Positions 35,813 to 43,693 of a DNA stretch of 64,000 nucleotides are shown here, piece by piece. Both the position numbers and the translations under genes were made by a program. Origin of the DNA: a virus; IMG/VR virus record IMGVR_UViG_3300045988_126550, positions 1 to 64,000 of that record; one strand, written 5' to 3'. The notes below the pieces were generated by a model. It saw nothing but the letters and a program-made list of their open reading frames with translations. It was not told where the DNA came from and ran no database searches. How positions within the stretch are numbered: the first letter of the stretch is position 1; the number at the start of each line of letters is the position of its first letter.

Positions 35813-35947
35813 ATGTTTGTTTGGAGAAGTTGGATCAAAACAACCGTAACGCAAGGGATTCTTGTAACAACTACAACTCACAAAGTGTACAAAATGCTTT
35901 TGCTGTTTGGGTTTATCCCGTTGTTTATTAGTATTGATGGTAAATGA
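35813..35947 (+). CDS. small hydrophobic protein, 44 aa
   Basis: Own translation MFVWRSWIKTTVTQGILVTTTTHKVYKMLLLFGFIPLFISIDGK*; AAGGAGG SD. Confidence 0.45.
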   Translation: MFVWRSWIKTTVTQGILVTTTTHKVYKMLLLFGFIPLFISIDGK

Positions 35948-35968
35948 TTCAAATGGAGGTAAGGTAAA

Positions 35969-36133
35969 ATGAAAAACATCAAGTCATTCTACATTGGTCA
36001 GGCAAATGCTTCTGGCATTATTTGTGAAAGCAAAGAAGAATTTCTCCAGTCTCTCAGTGAGGAAATTGACCGTATTGATGAAGAAGGAGAATTTGAGCAC
36101 TTCGACATTATGATTGAACCGAACAATAATTAA
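35969..36133 (+). CDS. small acidic protein, 54 aa
   Basis: Own translation MKNIKSFYIGQANASGIICESKEEFLQSLSEEIDRIDEEGEFEHFDIMIEPNNN*; TGGAGG SD. Confidence 0.5.
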   Translation: MKNIKSFYIGQANASGIICESKEEFLQSLSEEIDRIDEEGEFEHFDIMIEPNNN

Positions 36134-36221
36134 AAGGTAAAGCAAGTTGACACAGCAGTATAATAAGGGTAAAATAATTACGAATAATGTATAGGTCTTG
36201 TTAATAAAGGGAGGTAAACAA

Positions 36222-36368
36222 ATGGTTGTTATTTTACTTATTATCATTGCTTGTGTACTACTATTCGGAAAGGACGAAACAAAAGACGGGATTATTGCTC
36301 TCATTGGAACCATCGTAGTCTTTGCAATTATTGCAATGATTGCAAATGCATGTGGATTTTTAGACTAA
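36222..36368 (+). CDS. small two-helix membrane protein, 48 aa
   Basis: Own translation MVVILLIIIACVLLFGKDETKDGIIALIGTIVVFAIIAMIANACGFLD*; AGGGAGG SD. Confidence 0.5.
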   Translation: MVVILLIIIACVLLFGKDETKDGIIALIGTIVVFAIIAMIANACGFLD

Positions 36369-36417
36369 ACAAAATAGTTTGTCCTATAATGGGGCAAACT
36401 AATACAAAACGAAATAC

Positions 36418-36430
36418 AGTACAAAATTAA
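36418..36430 (+). promoter_or_regulatory. conserved intergenic motif copy
   Basis: AGTACAAAATTAA followed directly by AGGAGG. A partial second copy AATACAAAACGAAAT lies at 36401-36415. Confidence 0.65.
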
Positions 36431-36443
36431 AGGAGGAACCATT

Positions 36444-36866
36444 ATGAACATATCAAGAGAAATCAAAAAGGCAGAGGCAATTAACCGCATGAAAGAGCTT
36501 GGGCTGTTTGCTCCGTGTATCAAGGCATTCAAGAGAGGCGAGGTGCAGCTTTCTGAACCGACTGGAGGTTTGTATGAGTTCAGCAGCGATAAGGAACTTA
36601 CTGCAAAGGTGCAGGAGTTTGAAAAGGAAAACAATGCACTTGTGTATCATGTAATTCATACTCCTGCAATGATTGACGGCGAAGCAATGGATATGTACAA
36701 TTTCTTGTATGTATCGGATTATCAGGAGGAGTGGGAAATGGACAATGCCGACATCAAGGAAGGTTATGCCCTTGTTTATGTATGGAACAAAACCATTGAC
36801 TACTTCAGTGAGTTTGGCAGCATTGCAGTCAAAGAAAGGTTCGGTGGACTTGTGCGAATCGGCTAA
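36444..36866 (+). CDS. hypothetical protein, 140 aa
   Basis: Track ORF; AAAGGAGGAA SD. Confidence 0.65.
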   Translation: MNISREIKKAEAINRMKELGLFAPCIKAFKRGEVQLSEPTGGLYEFSSDKELTAKVQEFEKENNALVYHVIHTPAMIDGEAMDMYNFLYVSDYQEEWEMDNADIKEGYALVYVWNKTIDYFSEFGSIAVKERFGGLVRIG

Positions 36867-36940
36867 GAAAATTTGTAGAATATGACATATTGAATTTTGA
36901 GAAAGAGGTGATATAATAAAGGCAAAAGGGGCTGATACAA

Positions 36941-37072
36941 ATGGAAAACAAGGAACTACAAGAAGTGGTTGATGTAATACTTCAGGCACTGCTTGAAATG
37001 GAAGAAAGGTTCAACAAAAAGTTCGATGAAATAGACAAGTGGTTCGACAAGTTTGAAGAAAAGTCAAAGTAA
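36941..37072 (+). CDS. small helical protein, 43 aa
   Basis: Own translation MENKELQEVVDVILQALLEMEERFNKKFDEIDKWFDKFEEKSK*; followed by a terminator. Confidence 0.4.
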   Translation: MENKELQEVVDVILQALLEMEERFNKKFDEIDKWFDKFEEKSK

Positions 37073-37074
37073 GC

Positions 37075-37097
37075 GAGGGGCATTTGCCCCTTGTTTT
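37075..37097 (+). terminator. short GC hairpin (AGGGG..CCCCT) followed by TGTTTT
   Basis: Read directly. Confidence 0.5.
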
Positions 37098-37100
37098 ACG

Positions 37101-37115
37101 CAATACAAAATTAAC
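37101..37115 (+). promoter_or_regulatory. conserved intergenic motif copy
   Basis: CAATACAAAATTAAC followed directly by GGAGG. Confidence 0.7.
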
Positions 37116-37126
37116 GGAGGCATCTT

Positions 37127-38332
37127 ATGAAACTTTTGCTTAGACAGTTTGGTGACGAATGCTACGTATGGAAAAATGCGGAAATGAATGATGAAAAAAC
37201 ATTTATTGTGGATGGGAGAACTGTAAATCAGGGAAACGTCGTGTCTATTTATAGAGACAATAGAAATAAATTCGTCAAATGTTCGCATTGTGGCACTATT
37301 CTCAAGAATACGGACACAGAGATCAAAGAGCATAGGCTCATGAGCACAACTTCTACAACATGTTTTGGATGCCCAAACTTAAGAACATGTGAAGAAATTA
37401 CAAAGTCGATTAAATATGTGTTACAAGATGATGGTAAGTATATTGCAACGGTCAAAAAGGAAATGCAACTCAAGTGCCGTCAGGGTTGGGGTAGATTGTA
37501 CGACATCAATTCCGAAGATGCAAGAACTGGTTGTAAATATAGAGGATGTATTGATGCAACGATGAAAAGCATTCAGGATATTTTCACAGAGTGCCCCGGT
37601 ATTTTTGATGACATTATTACCATTGACTGTATTCTGGATACAAATTTCGAAGACAGAACTTCACATAGAAACGGCACGACATATAAGCTCAAGGGAAGAG
37701 ACAACATTGTGGCGGTTGGAACAGAATTAAAAAGAGGGCATACAACTTCATGTGGATGTTTGCGCAATGAAAAAATATCAAAAGCAAACAAAAAAGAAAA
37801 TGTGTTTGATTTAGATAGTGCGGAATATGCTATCGGATATACAGCGAAGGGAGAGGAATTTTGGTTTGATAAAGAAGATTATGATTTAGTAAAAAAATAT
37901 TGTTGGCATTATTATCAAGGATATGTAATAACAAACGGAGAAGACCATCATAAAATTTATTTGCATAGATTAGTTATGGGTGTAACGGATTGTAATGTAT
38001 GTGTTGATCATATTATTCACCCACCATATCCACAGCATAAAATAGACAACAGAAAGTCAAATTTAAGAATAACCACAAATCAACAAAATACAATGAATCG
38101 GTCTTTGAACAGAAATAATTCAAGTGGAGTAACTGGTGTTACATGGGACAAAAAGAACAACAATTGGAGAGCGTACATTAGATTTAATTGGAAGCTAATC
38201 CATCTTGGCAGTTTCATCAACAAAGAAGATGCTATAGCTGCTCGAAAAGCAGCAGAAGAAAAATATTTTGGCGAATACGCATACAAAGAAGAATTGAAAG
38301 GAGATAACAATGAGAGATTCAAAGAGAATTGA
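37127..38332 (+). CDS. HNH-AP2 homing endonuclease fused to an unrelated ~190-aa Cys-containing N-terminal region
   Basis: C-terminal YLHRLVMG..VDHI..DNRKSNLR (HNH) followed by SGVTGVTWDKKNNNWRAYIRF..HLGSF...EDAIAARKAAEEKYFGEY (AP2). Confidence 0.8.
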   Translation: MKLLLRQFGDECYVWKNAEMNDEKTFIVDGRTVNQGNVVSIYRDNRNKFVKCSHCGTILKNTDTEIKEHRLMSTTSTTCFGCPNLRTCEEITKSIKYVLQDDGKYIATVKKEMQLKCRQGWGRLYDINSEDARTGCKYRGCIDATMKSIQDIFTECPGIFDDIITIDCILDTNFEDRTSHRNGTTYKLKGRDNIVAVGTELKRGHTTSCGCLRNEKISKANKKENVFDLDSAEYAIGYTAKGEEFWFDKEDYDLVKKYCWHYYQGYVITNGEDHHKIYLHRLVMGVTDCNVCVDHIIHPPYPQHKIDNRKSNLRITTNQQNTMNRSLNRNNSSGVTGVTWDKKNNNWRAYIRFNWKLIHLGSFINKEDAIAARKAAEEKYFGEYAYKEELKGDNNERFKEN

Positions 38333-38492
38333 CAAGTTCTGTGAGATGCTTAAGAAATACTGGCACATGGTTCCTGACTTGAGATTTATGCAGTTAGTGT
38401 GTAATCTTCAGGCACAGATTGAAAGTGATGGATTTTATCTGGAAGACGATAAGGCAATGGAACTGATTGGGCAGATGTTAAAAGGAGAATAA
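38310..38492 (+). CDS. hypothetical protein, 60 aa
   Basis: AAAGGAGA SD. Confidence 0.6.
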   Translation: MRDSKRIDKFCEMLKKYWHMVPDLRFMQLVCNLQAQIESDGFYLEDDKAMELIGQMLKGE

Positions 38493-38493
38493 A

Positions 38494-38826
38494 ATGCTGA
38501 TTAATTATAACAATAATGAAACTAATCATGTAAAGTTTGTTTCTTATACTGGGAAATATCCAAATCTTTGCACTGGAGATTTAACACTTGAAATTGATGG
38601 AGAGATTGCAACGTTTGGCTATGGTTTTGAGTCTAAAGAGAAACCGAAATACCATCGGTTTTGGAGTAGCGGCGGTGGTCTAAATCCCAATTATGAGGGA
38701 GCGTGGCAAGGTGAATGGCAAATTGATATTAATATGATTCCTGAACAGTTCCGTAAATATGCAACAGAAATTAATGAAGTGTTCAATGATAACGTTGAGT
38801 GGGGATGTTGTGGAGGATGTATTTAA
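38494..38826 (+). CDS. hypothetical protein, 110 aa
   Basis: AAAGGAGAA SD. Confidence 0.6.
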   Translation: MLINYNNNETNHVKFVSYTGKYPNLCTGDLTLEIDGEIATFGYGFESKEKPKYHRFWSSGGGLNPNYEGAWQGEWQIDINMIPEQFRKYATEINEVFNDNVEWGCCGGCI

Positions 38827-38828
38827 GA

Positions 38829-38843
38829 CGATACAAAATTAAG
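38829..38843 (+). promoter_or_regulatory. conserved intergenic motif copy
   Basis: CGATACAAAATTAAG followed by GGAGG. Confidence 0.65.
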
Positions 38844-38855
38844 GGAGGATTTGAA

Positions 38856-39212
38856 ATGAAACAAAGCGAGTATATGTCTATTATCAACAAACTTTTTAAT
38901 AAACACATTGGGGTAAACAAACACATTCTTGATAGTTATTGCTATAACGATCACAGAGCATGTGATTTAATTGTTGGCTTCAAAAAAGACGTTGAGAAAC
39001 TTGGGTTAAAGTTCTCGAATTGTCATCATGCAAACGGAATTGGAAATAACAATGATTATACAATTTATCTCGAAACACACGATGACGATGGTTTTGTAAT
39101 CAAGAAGGAAATTGCAAATTTCTATTATTGCTACGGAATTTATGGTGGATGTTATGTGCTTATAAAAGATTTAACAACAGGAAATACAATTAAAGTAAGT
39201 CGTGCAAGATAA
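38856..39212 (+). CDS. hypothetical protein, 118 aa
   Basis: Track 38799..39212; ATG 38856 preferred (AGGGAGGA SD). Confidence 0.6.
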   Translation: MKQSEYMSIINKLFNKHIGVNKHILDSYCYNDHRACDLIVGFKKDVEKLGLKFSNCHHANGIGNNNDYTIYLETHDDDGFVIKKEIANFYYCYGIYGGCYVLIKDLTTGNTIKVSRAR

Positions 39213-39228
39213 AAAGAGGAAAAATTAA

Positions 39229-39573
39229 ATGACTCGTAAAAAGTATTACAAACTCGTTAATGAATTTTTTCGCATTAAAAATTGGGAGGAAACTTTGGAC
39301 AAGTATCCAAAAATGTTTAATGTAATTTGCATTTATTGCTTTAAGCTTCCAAAGAGAGTTCGCAAAGACCTGTTCACAAATCTTGTACAGGGAAATTGGA
39401 TTCATCTTTGGGAGACGGATGAAGAAAAAGAAATGAACATTGTAGAATTGTGTAATGACCTTAGAACAGAAGTATTTTATTGCAGCGACAGAATGTCTTG
39501 GGACAGACTTTGCCGGATTCATTGGTATTGGCAGAGAATCCAAGATAGATTGCGAATGCAGAACAAGGCGTAG
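39229..39573 (+). CDS. hypothetical protein, 114 aa
   Basis: Track ORF; AGAGGAAA SD. Confidence 0.6.
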   Translation: MTRKKYYKLVNEFFRIKNWEETLDKYPKMFNVICIYCFKLPKRVRKDLFTNLVQGNWIHLWETDEEKEMNIVELCNDLRTEVFYCSDRMSWDRLCRIHWYWQRIQDRLRMQNKA

Positions 39574-39591
39574 AGAAATCTACGCCTTTTT
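39567..39591 (+). terminator. rho-independent terminator GGCGTAG-N6-CTACGCC-TTTTT
   Basis: Overlaps the stop of 39229..39573. Confidence 0.7.
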
Positions 39592-39600
39592 ATTGACAAT

Positions 39601-39614
39601 AATACAAAATTAAT
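39601..39614 (+). promoter_or_regulatory. conserved intergenic motif copy (between TTGACA 39593 and TATAAT 39616)
   Basis: TTGACAATAATACAAAATTAATGTATAATGGAGG. Confidence 0.65.
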
Positions 39615-39633
39615 GTATAATGGAGGTACAATT

Positions 39634-40329
39634 ATGAAAAAGACAAACGAAAATAAAGTATGGATGGACAGAGAAGACTATATTAATTATCTTTCAGTAA
39701 AGACAAATGAGGTACATATAAGCGACCACAACAGTAAGACAGGCCCTTTGTGCAATGACTTAGCATTTCCCGTTTGTACTTGTCGCGAAGATGCCCCATG
39801 TAGAAACGGCGGCTGCTATTGTATGAAAGGCAGACAGCAAATAGCAGTTGTACAGGCCGCATATACAAGAAACTTGAGACTATACAATACAGATCCGGTA
39901 GACTTTTGGGAGCAAGTAAAATTTAAGATTAAGCACCGTCCGTATCCGTTGTTTAGGTGGACAGATTGCGGTGATATTCCTGATGCGGACTTCTTTGTTG
40001 GGATGGTTGACTTGGCAAAGACGTTTACCGATATTAAGTTCCTTGCATATACAAAGAAATATTGGATTGTAAATGAATGGATTGATAAGAACGGAGACTT
40101 GCCAGATAACCTTACAATCAGATTTTCTGCATGGCATATTGGTTGGAAGGTAGAAAATCCTCATAATTTACCGGTTGCTTATGTGGATTTCAAGGATAAA
40201 ACTTTGAATCCTGAGTTTCCAAATGGGACAACTGGTTGTCCTAATCAAAAGGATAAAACAATCACTTGTAGTATTTGTAGAAAGTGTTTCAATAAGAAAA
40301 TTCAATCTGTTAAGTTTGACCAACATTAA
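39634..40329 (+). CDS. Cys-rich hypothetical protein, 231 aa
   Basis: Track 39613..40329; ATG 39634 preferred (GGAGG SD). CTCREDAPCRNGGCYC cluster and a C-terminal CPN..CSICRKC. Confidence 0.6.
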   Translation: MKKTNENKVWMDREDYINYLSVKTNEVHISDHNSKTGPLCNDLAFPVCTCREDAPCRNGGCYCMKGRQQIAVVQAAYTRNLRLYNTDPVDFWEQVKFKIKHRPYPLFRWTDCGDIPDADFFVGMVDLAKTFTDIKFLAYTKKYWIVNEWIDKNGDLPDNLTIRFSAWHIGWKVENPHNLPVAYVDFKDKTLNPEFPNGTTGCPNQKDKTITCSICRKCFNKKIQSVKFDQH

Positions 40330-40344
40330 CAATACAAAATTAAT
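40330..40344 (+). promoter_or_regulatory. conserved intergenic motif copy
   Basis: CAATACAAAATTAAT, starting 1 nt after the stop. Confidence 0.7.
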
Positions 40345-40361
40345 ATAAGGATGTGATATTT

Positions 40362-40535
40362 ATGATTATTTGCAAACAATGTTTTAAAGGAGATGAACCA
40401 TGCAAGGAGGCAGAATTTGATTACTGGCAATGGTTTGATTCAACAGAAGATTTTTATGACCCACATGGACACTGTTGTGATATATGTGGAAAAGAGTTTG
40501 AAGACGGAGAAACAGTAATTTTAGTTGACGAATAA
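40362..40535 (+). CDS. small Zn-finger protein, 57 aa
   Basis: Track 40353 (GTG); ATG 40362 preferred. CKQC..CDIC. Confidence 0.55.
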   Translation: MIICKQCFKGDEPCKEAEFDYWQWFDSTEDFYDPHGHCCDICGKEFEDGETVILVDE

Positions 40536-40557
40536 CAGAAAGGAAATGACATAATTT

Positions 40558-41172
40558 ATGGCAGCTAAGGATTGGACAGGAAATAGCAAGGCAATTTATT
40601 CTTGCCATGGTGCGAGCAACCATAGTGAAACTGAACGAGAAGTAAATGATTATTATGCTACCCCTCCAAGTGCAGTAGAAATGCTACTTGAACTTGAGGA
40701 GTTTAGTAAGGTAATTATGGAGCCCGCTTGCGGACAAGGCCATATTGCGGAAGTTCTTAAAAGTCATGGGCATACAGTATGTGCAACAGACCTTATTGAC
40801 AGAGGATATGGTATTGGAAATGTAGATTTTTTTAGTATTAATGATCCGAGAAATATGGACATAATCACAAACCCACCTTATAGTCTTGCAAAAGAATTTG
40901 TCGAACACGCAATGGATATTGTGACAGACGGACATAAAGTCGCTATGTTCCTTAAGCTAACGTTCCTTGAGGGGCAAGGCAGAAAAGAATTGTTTAAGAA
41001 ATATCCGCCGAAGATTGTTTACGTTTCTATTTCTCGTATTGGGTGCGCCAAGAATGGAGAGTTTAAAAAGGATAAGAATGGAAATCTAAAAGCGGATTCG
41101 GCGGTAGCGTATTGTTGGTATGTCTGGCAAAAGGGGTTTAGTGGAAGTCCGACTATTAAATGGTTTAATTAA
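40558..41172 (+). CDS. DNA N6-adenine (or N4-cytosine) methyltransferase
   Basis: Motif I-like EPACGQG and motif IV ITNPPY. Confidence 0.8.
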   Translation: MAAKDWTGNSKAIYSCHGASNHSETEREVNDYYATPPSAVEMLLELEEFSKVIMEPACGQGHIAEVLKSHGHTVCATDLIDRGYGIGNVDFFSINDPRNMDIITNPPYSLAKEFVEHAMDIVTDGHKVAMFLKLTFLEGQGRKELFKKYPPKIVYVSISRIGCAKNGEFKKDKNGNLKADSAVAYCWYVWQKGFSGSPTIKWFN

Positions 41173-41184
41173 GGAGGAAGATGA

Positions 41185-41466
41185 ATGAAAATTGTTAGAA
41201 ATGGAAACGAATTTGAACTTACAAAAGACGAACTTTATACGGCATATCTAGAACGAGAGCACGAATTTGACAGAGATACTTGTTTATGTTACATTGATGA
41301 ACATTTTAGCGACGATGAATGGTATGGCGAAAAGAGCTATGACGACATTATGCAGTTGACTGATAAAATGGCATATGAGTATCGAAGGTATGTGAATAAG
41401 TATTTAGATGAGGATTTCGCGCTATCCAATGCATGGGATTGTATTAAGGGAACAATACAAAATTAA
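41185..41466 (+). CDS. hypothetical protein, 93 aa
   Basis: TAAGGAGGAA SD. The last codons I-Q-N-stop are encoded by the motif copy. Confidence 0.6.
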   Translation: MKIVRNGNEFELTKDELYTAYLEREHEFDRDTCLCYIDEHFSDDEWYGEKSYDDIMQLTDKMAYEYRRYVNKYLDEDFALSNAWDCIKGTIQN

Positions 41467-41467
41467 G
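41453..41467 (+). promoter_or_regulatory. conserved motif copy overlapping the 3' end of 41185..41466
   Basis: CAATACAAAATTAAG followed by GAGGAA. Confidence 0.7.
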
Positions 41468-41478
41468 GAGGAACGGAA

Positions 41479-42228
41479 ATGAAAATATTTGCAGTATCAG
41501 ATATTCATTCATTTTATACGCCCATGAAAGAAGCGCTTGATAAAGCTGAATTTGAGTCTGGGAATGAGCAACAGTTGCTAGTGATTTGTGGAGATTGCTT
41601 TGATAGGGGCGATGAAAGTCAACAGGTCTTAGATTATTTAATGAATGTGCCAAATAAGGTACTTGTCAAAGGCAATCACGAGAGCCTTTTCGAAGAGTTT
41701 TGTCAGCGCCGCTATCCTATGTCTCATGACTGGTCAAATGGTACGGCAAAAACTATTATGGATTTGGCTCCAGAAGCAAAAAACTGGGATGTCGCTTGCA
41801 TGGTTGCAATTGAAAAGATGAAACCGCTGCTAGATCAAATGGTTGATTACTATGAAACAGAAAACTATATATTCGTGCATAGCTTCGTTGCCCTAAAGTG
41901 CAATGATAATTATCCCGTATATTATATAAGAAATAGAAAGTTTGAGTATAATCCAGATTGGAGAACTGCTCATGCTTCTGCTTGGGAAACTGCAAGATGG
42001 GGAAATCCTTTCAAACTTGCAGATGATGGTCTAAATAAAACAGGCAAAACAATCGTGCATGGGCATTTTCACAACAGCTATGGTTGGGCGGCAAAAGGAA
42101 TTGGAAGTGAATTTGGAGAAGATGCCTGCTTTGATATTTGTAAACATGATGGATGTATCGGACTAGATTCATGTTGCGCTTACACGCACAAAGTAAATAT
42201 ACTTGTGATTGAAGATAATTTAATTTGA
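41479..42228 (+). CDS. Ser/Thr-type metallophosphatase (calcineurin-like)
   Basis: SDIH .. GDCFDRGD .. GNHE .. VHGH motif series. Confidence 0.8.
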   Translation: MKIFAVSDIHSFYTPMKEALDKAEFESGNEQQLLVICGDCFDRGDESQQVLDYLMNVPNKVLVKGNHESLFEEFCQRRYPMSHDWSNGTAKTIMDLAPEAKNWDVACMVAIEKMKPLLDQMVDYYETENYIFVHSFVALKCNDNYPVYYIRNRKFEYNPDWRTAHASAWETARWGNPFKLADDGLNKTGKTIVHGHFHNSYGWAAKGIGSEFGEDACFDICKHDGCIGLDSCCAYTHKVNILVIEDNLI

Positions 42229-42241
42229 AAGGAAATTAATT

Positions 42242-42616
42242 ATGAAAAACTGGTGGAAGAATCCTGTACTACAGGGAGAAGACAATGACTATGGTCAGTA
42301 TGATTATCTTATTGAAGAGCTTCCACATGACGAAGCCAATTGGGAGTGGTATTACAGGAAGTGTGATACTTGCGGGAAATATCATAGGTTGAATTTTTAT
42401 TCCAACCATTACTTTTACACATATGATGGCTGGGATTCGTTGGATTATGCTGATTGTTGGAAGTGCAGATTTGAGGATAAGGTTTGGAGCATCAAGAATA
42501 AAATTAAAAAGGAAATTAAAGCTCATAAGCTGGCGTTTTCTCTGCTGAATAGAAAGCATTCTGTTAAGAGAAATCTTGAGTATTATAAACTTGGGCTTAA
42601 GGTTGCAAAGGGTTAA
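42242..42616 (+). CDS. hypothetical protein, 124 aa
   Basis: Track ORF. Confidence 0.6.
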   Translation: MKNWWKNPVLQGEDNDYGQYDYLIEELPHDEANWEWYYRKCDTCGKYHRLNFYSNHYFYTYDGWDSLDYADCWKCRFEDKVWSIKNKIKKEIKAHKLAFSLLNRKHSVKRNLEYYKLGLKVAKG

Positions 42617-42653
42617 TGAAATAATATATAATAAATATAATTTGAGGTGTAAA

Positions 42654-42839
42654 ATGGAAAAGATTATTGAGATTACGGAACTGCACGAAGGAAGTAGTTG
42701 TTTGGTGTGTGGGGAAAAGGCAGAAAAGAAAATTAAGTTCAATCGCATCGGACTTGGATATTATGATGTAATTATAAGCTTTAATATTTGTTCTAAATGT
42801 TTAGAGCAAATGAAAAATGAAATTGAGACTCGTGAATAA
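42654..42839 (+). CDS. small Zn-ribbon protein, 61 aa
   Basis: Track 42576..42839; ATG 42654 preferred (GAGGTG SD). CLVCG..CSKC. Confidence 0.55.
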   Translation: MEKIIEITELHEGSSCLVCGEKAEKKIKFNRIGLGYYDVIISFNICSKCLEQMKNEIETRE

Positions 42840-42852
42840 CGGGTCTCTTTTT
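42825..42852 (+). terminator. rho-independent terminator GAGACTCG-N7-CGGGTCTC-TTTTT
   Basis: Overlaps the stop of 42654..42839. Confidence 0.65.
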
Positions 42853-42871
42853 AATTGAAAGGAGATTAATT

Positions 42872-43393
42872 ATGAAACATATTATCAAAAAAGGATATAA
42901 GTTATTTGAAATGAGGGATGACAATAAATTATTTCCTCTTTTTATTTCTAAGACTACAGAAACACCAATGCATGAATGGGTTATGGCGGAAATAGTTGAA
43001 TATCACCCTCAGTTTGCACATCGTCCGGGGTGGCATTTGGGTGCGGTAAGCCCTTCTGCTCCATGGCTTATGTCTGCAAATGGAACTTATAAAAGCCAAA
43101 GAGGAAAGCGCTTCAAAAGGGTTTGGTGTGAAGTAGAATATGTGGCAGATGTTGATTATACTTCTGTCGTAGAAAAACTTCCTAAAAAATGTTTTACAGA
43201 TAGACTACCAGATGGAGGATTCTATAATTTTAGAGAATCTGGAAATAGGCTTTGGGTAATTGCAGACAGGATTAGAGTTACAAAAATTCTTACGGAAAGT
43301 GAGAGAGTTAAAATTCTTAATGATATGAAGTATAACGAAGCAGAAGCATTTGAACCTTATCGTAAGGCAATGGAAAAGAGGATGGCGAGTTGA
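42872..43393 (+). CDS. hypothetical protein, 173 aa
   Basis: AAAGGAGA SD. Confidence 0.6.
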   Translation: MKHIIKKGYKLFEMRDDNKLFPLFISKTTETPMHEWVMAEIVEYHPQFAHRPGWHLGAVSPSAPWLMSANGTYKSQRGKRFKRVWCEVEYVADVDYTSVVEKLPKKCFTDRLPDGGFYNFRESGNRLWVIADRIRVTKILTESERVKILNDMKYNEAEAFEPYRKAMEKRMAS

Positions 43394-43412
43394 CGAAATA
43401 TTCTCAAAATTC

Positions 43413-43441
43413 TTGACAAAACAAAATTAATGTGGTAAGAT
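43413..43441 (+). promoter_or_regulatory. sigma-A-like promoter TTGACA-N17-TAAGAT with a motif variant (AAACAAAATTAAT, 43419-43431) in the spacer
   Basis: Read directly. Confidence 0.55.
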
Positions 43442-43459
43442 TATCATAGAAAGGAAAGG

Positions 43460-43693
43460 ATGATTTGGGTGAAAACGTTATACGGATGTGAATCTGAAAA
43501 CTGTGCAGCTTATTGTAAATTGCATGGATGTTGTATGACGGTAAGGCAAATTAGAAAGAAGAATTGCCTACAAAAGCAATGTCATTATTTAGAAAAGATT
43601 GAAACACATGATTGGTGGAGACAGAGAGCGGTTACAAAGCAAAGACGAATTGACAGGAAAGAAAGATTATATGGAGGTATCAAAAATGTATAA
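43460..43693 (+). CDS. Cys-rich basic hypothetical protein, 77 aa
   Basis: Track ORF; AAAGGAAAGG SD. Confidence 0.55.
   Translation: MIWVKTLYGCESENCAAYCKLHGCCMTVRQIRKKNCLQKQCHYLEKIETHDWWRQRAVTKQRRIDRKERLYGGIKNV

Noticed and set aside
27486-36989. Long antisense ORFs in the GC-richer block (27486..27884, 29799..30428, 30352..30651, 30807..31382, 32864..33748, 33794..34339, 34754..35500, 36453..36989)
   Set aside because: Each lies opposite a sense ORF that has a strong SD and tight coupling. None has an SD of its own. Their length is the expected by-product of higher G+C (fewer stop codons).
39616-39621. TATAAT at 39616 as a working -10 for the gene starting at 39634
   Set aside because: The geometry with TTGACA 39593 is perfect. 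However, a start ~7 nt downstream would fall after the GGAGG SD (39622-39626) and leave an almost leaderless mRNA. It is kept only as an ambiguous context for the motif.
42269-42748. Track ORF (minus, 159 aa) opposite 42242..42839
   Set aside because: It is antisense to two SD-led plus-strand genes in a uniformly plus-strand arm. The translation is A+T-driven and Ile/Leu/Phe-rich, with no SD.
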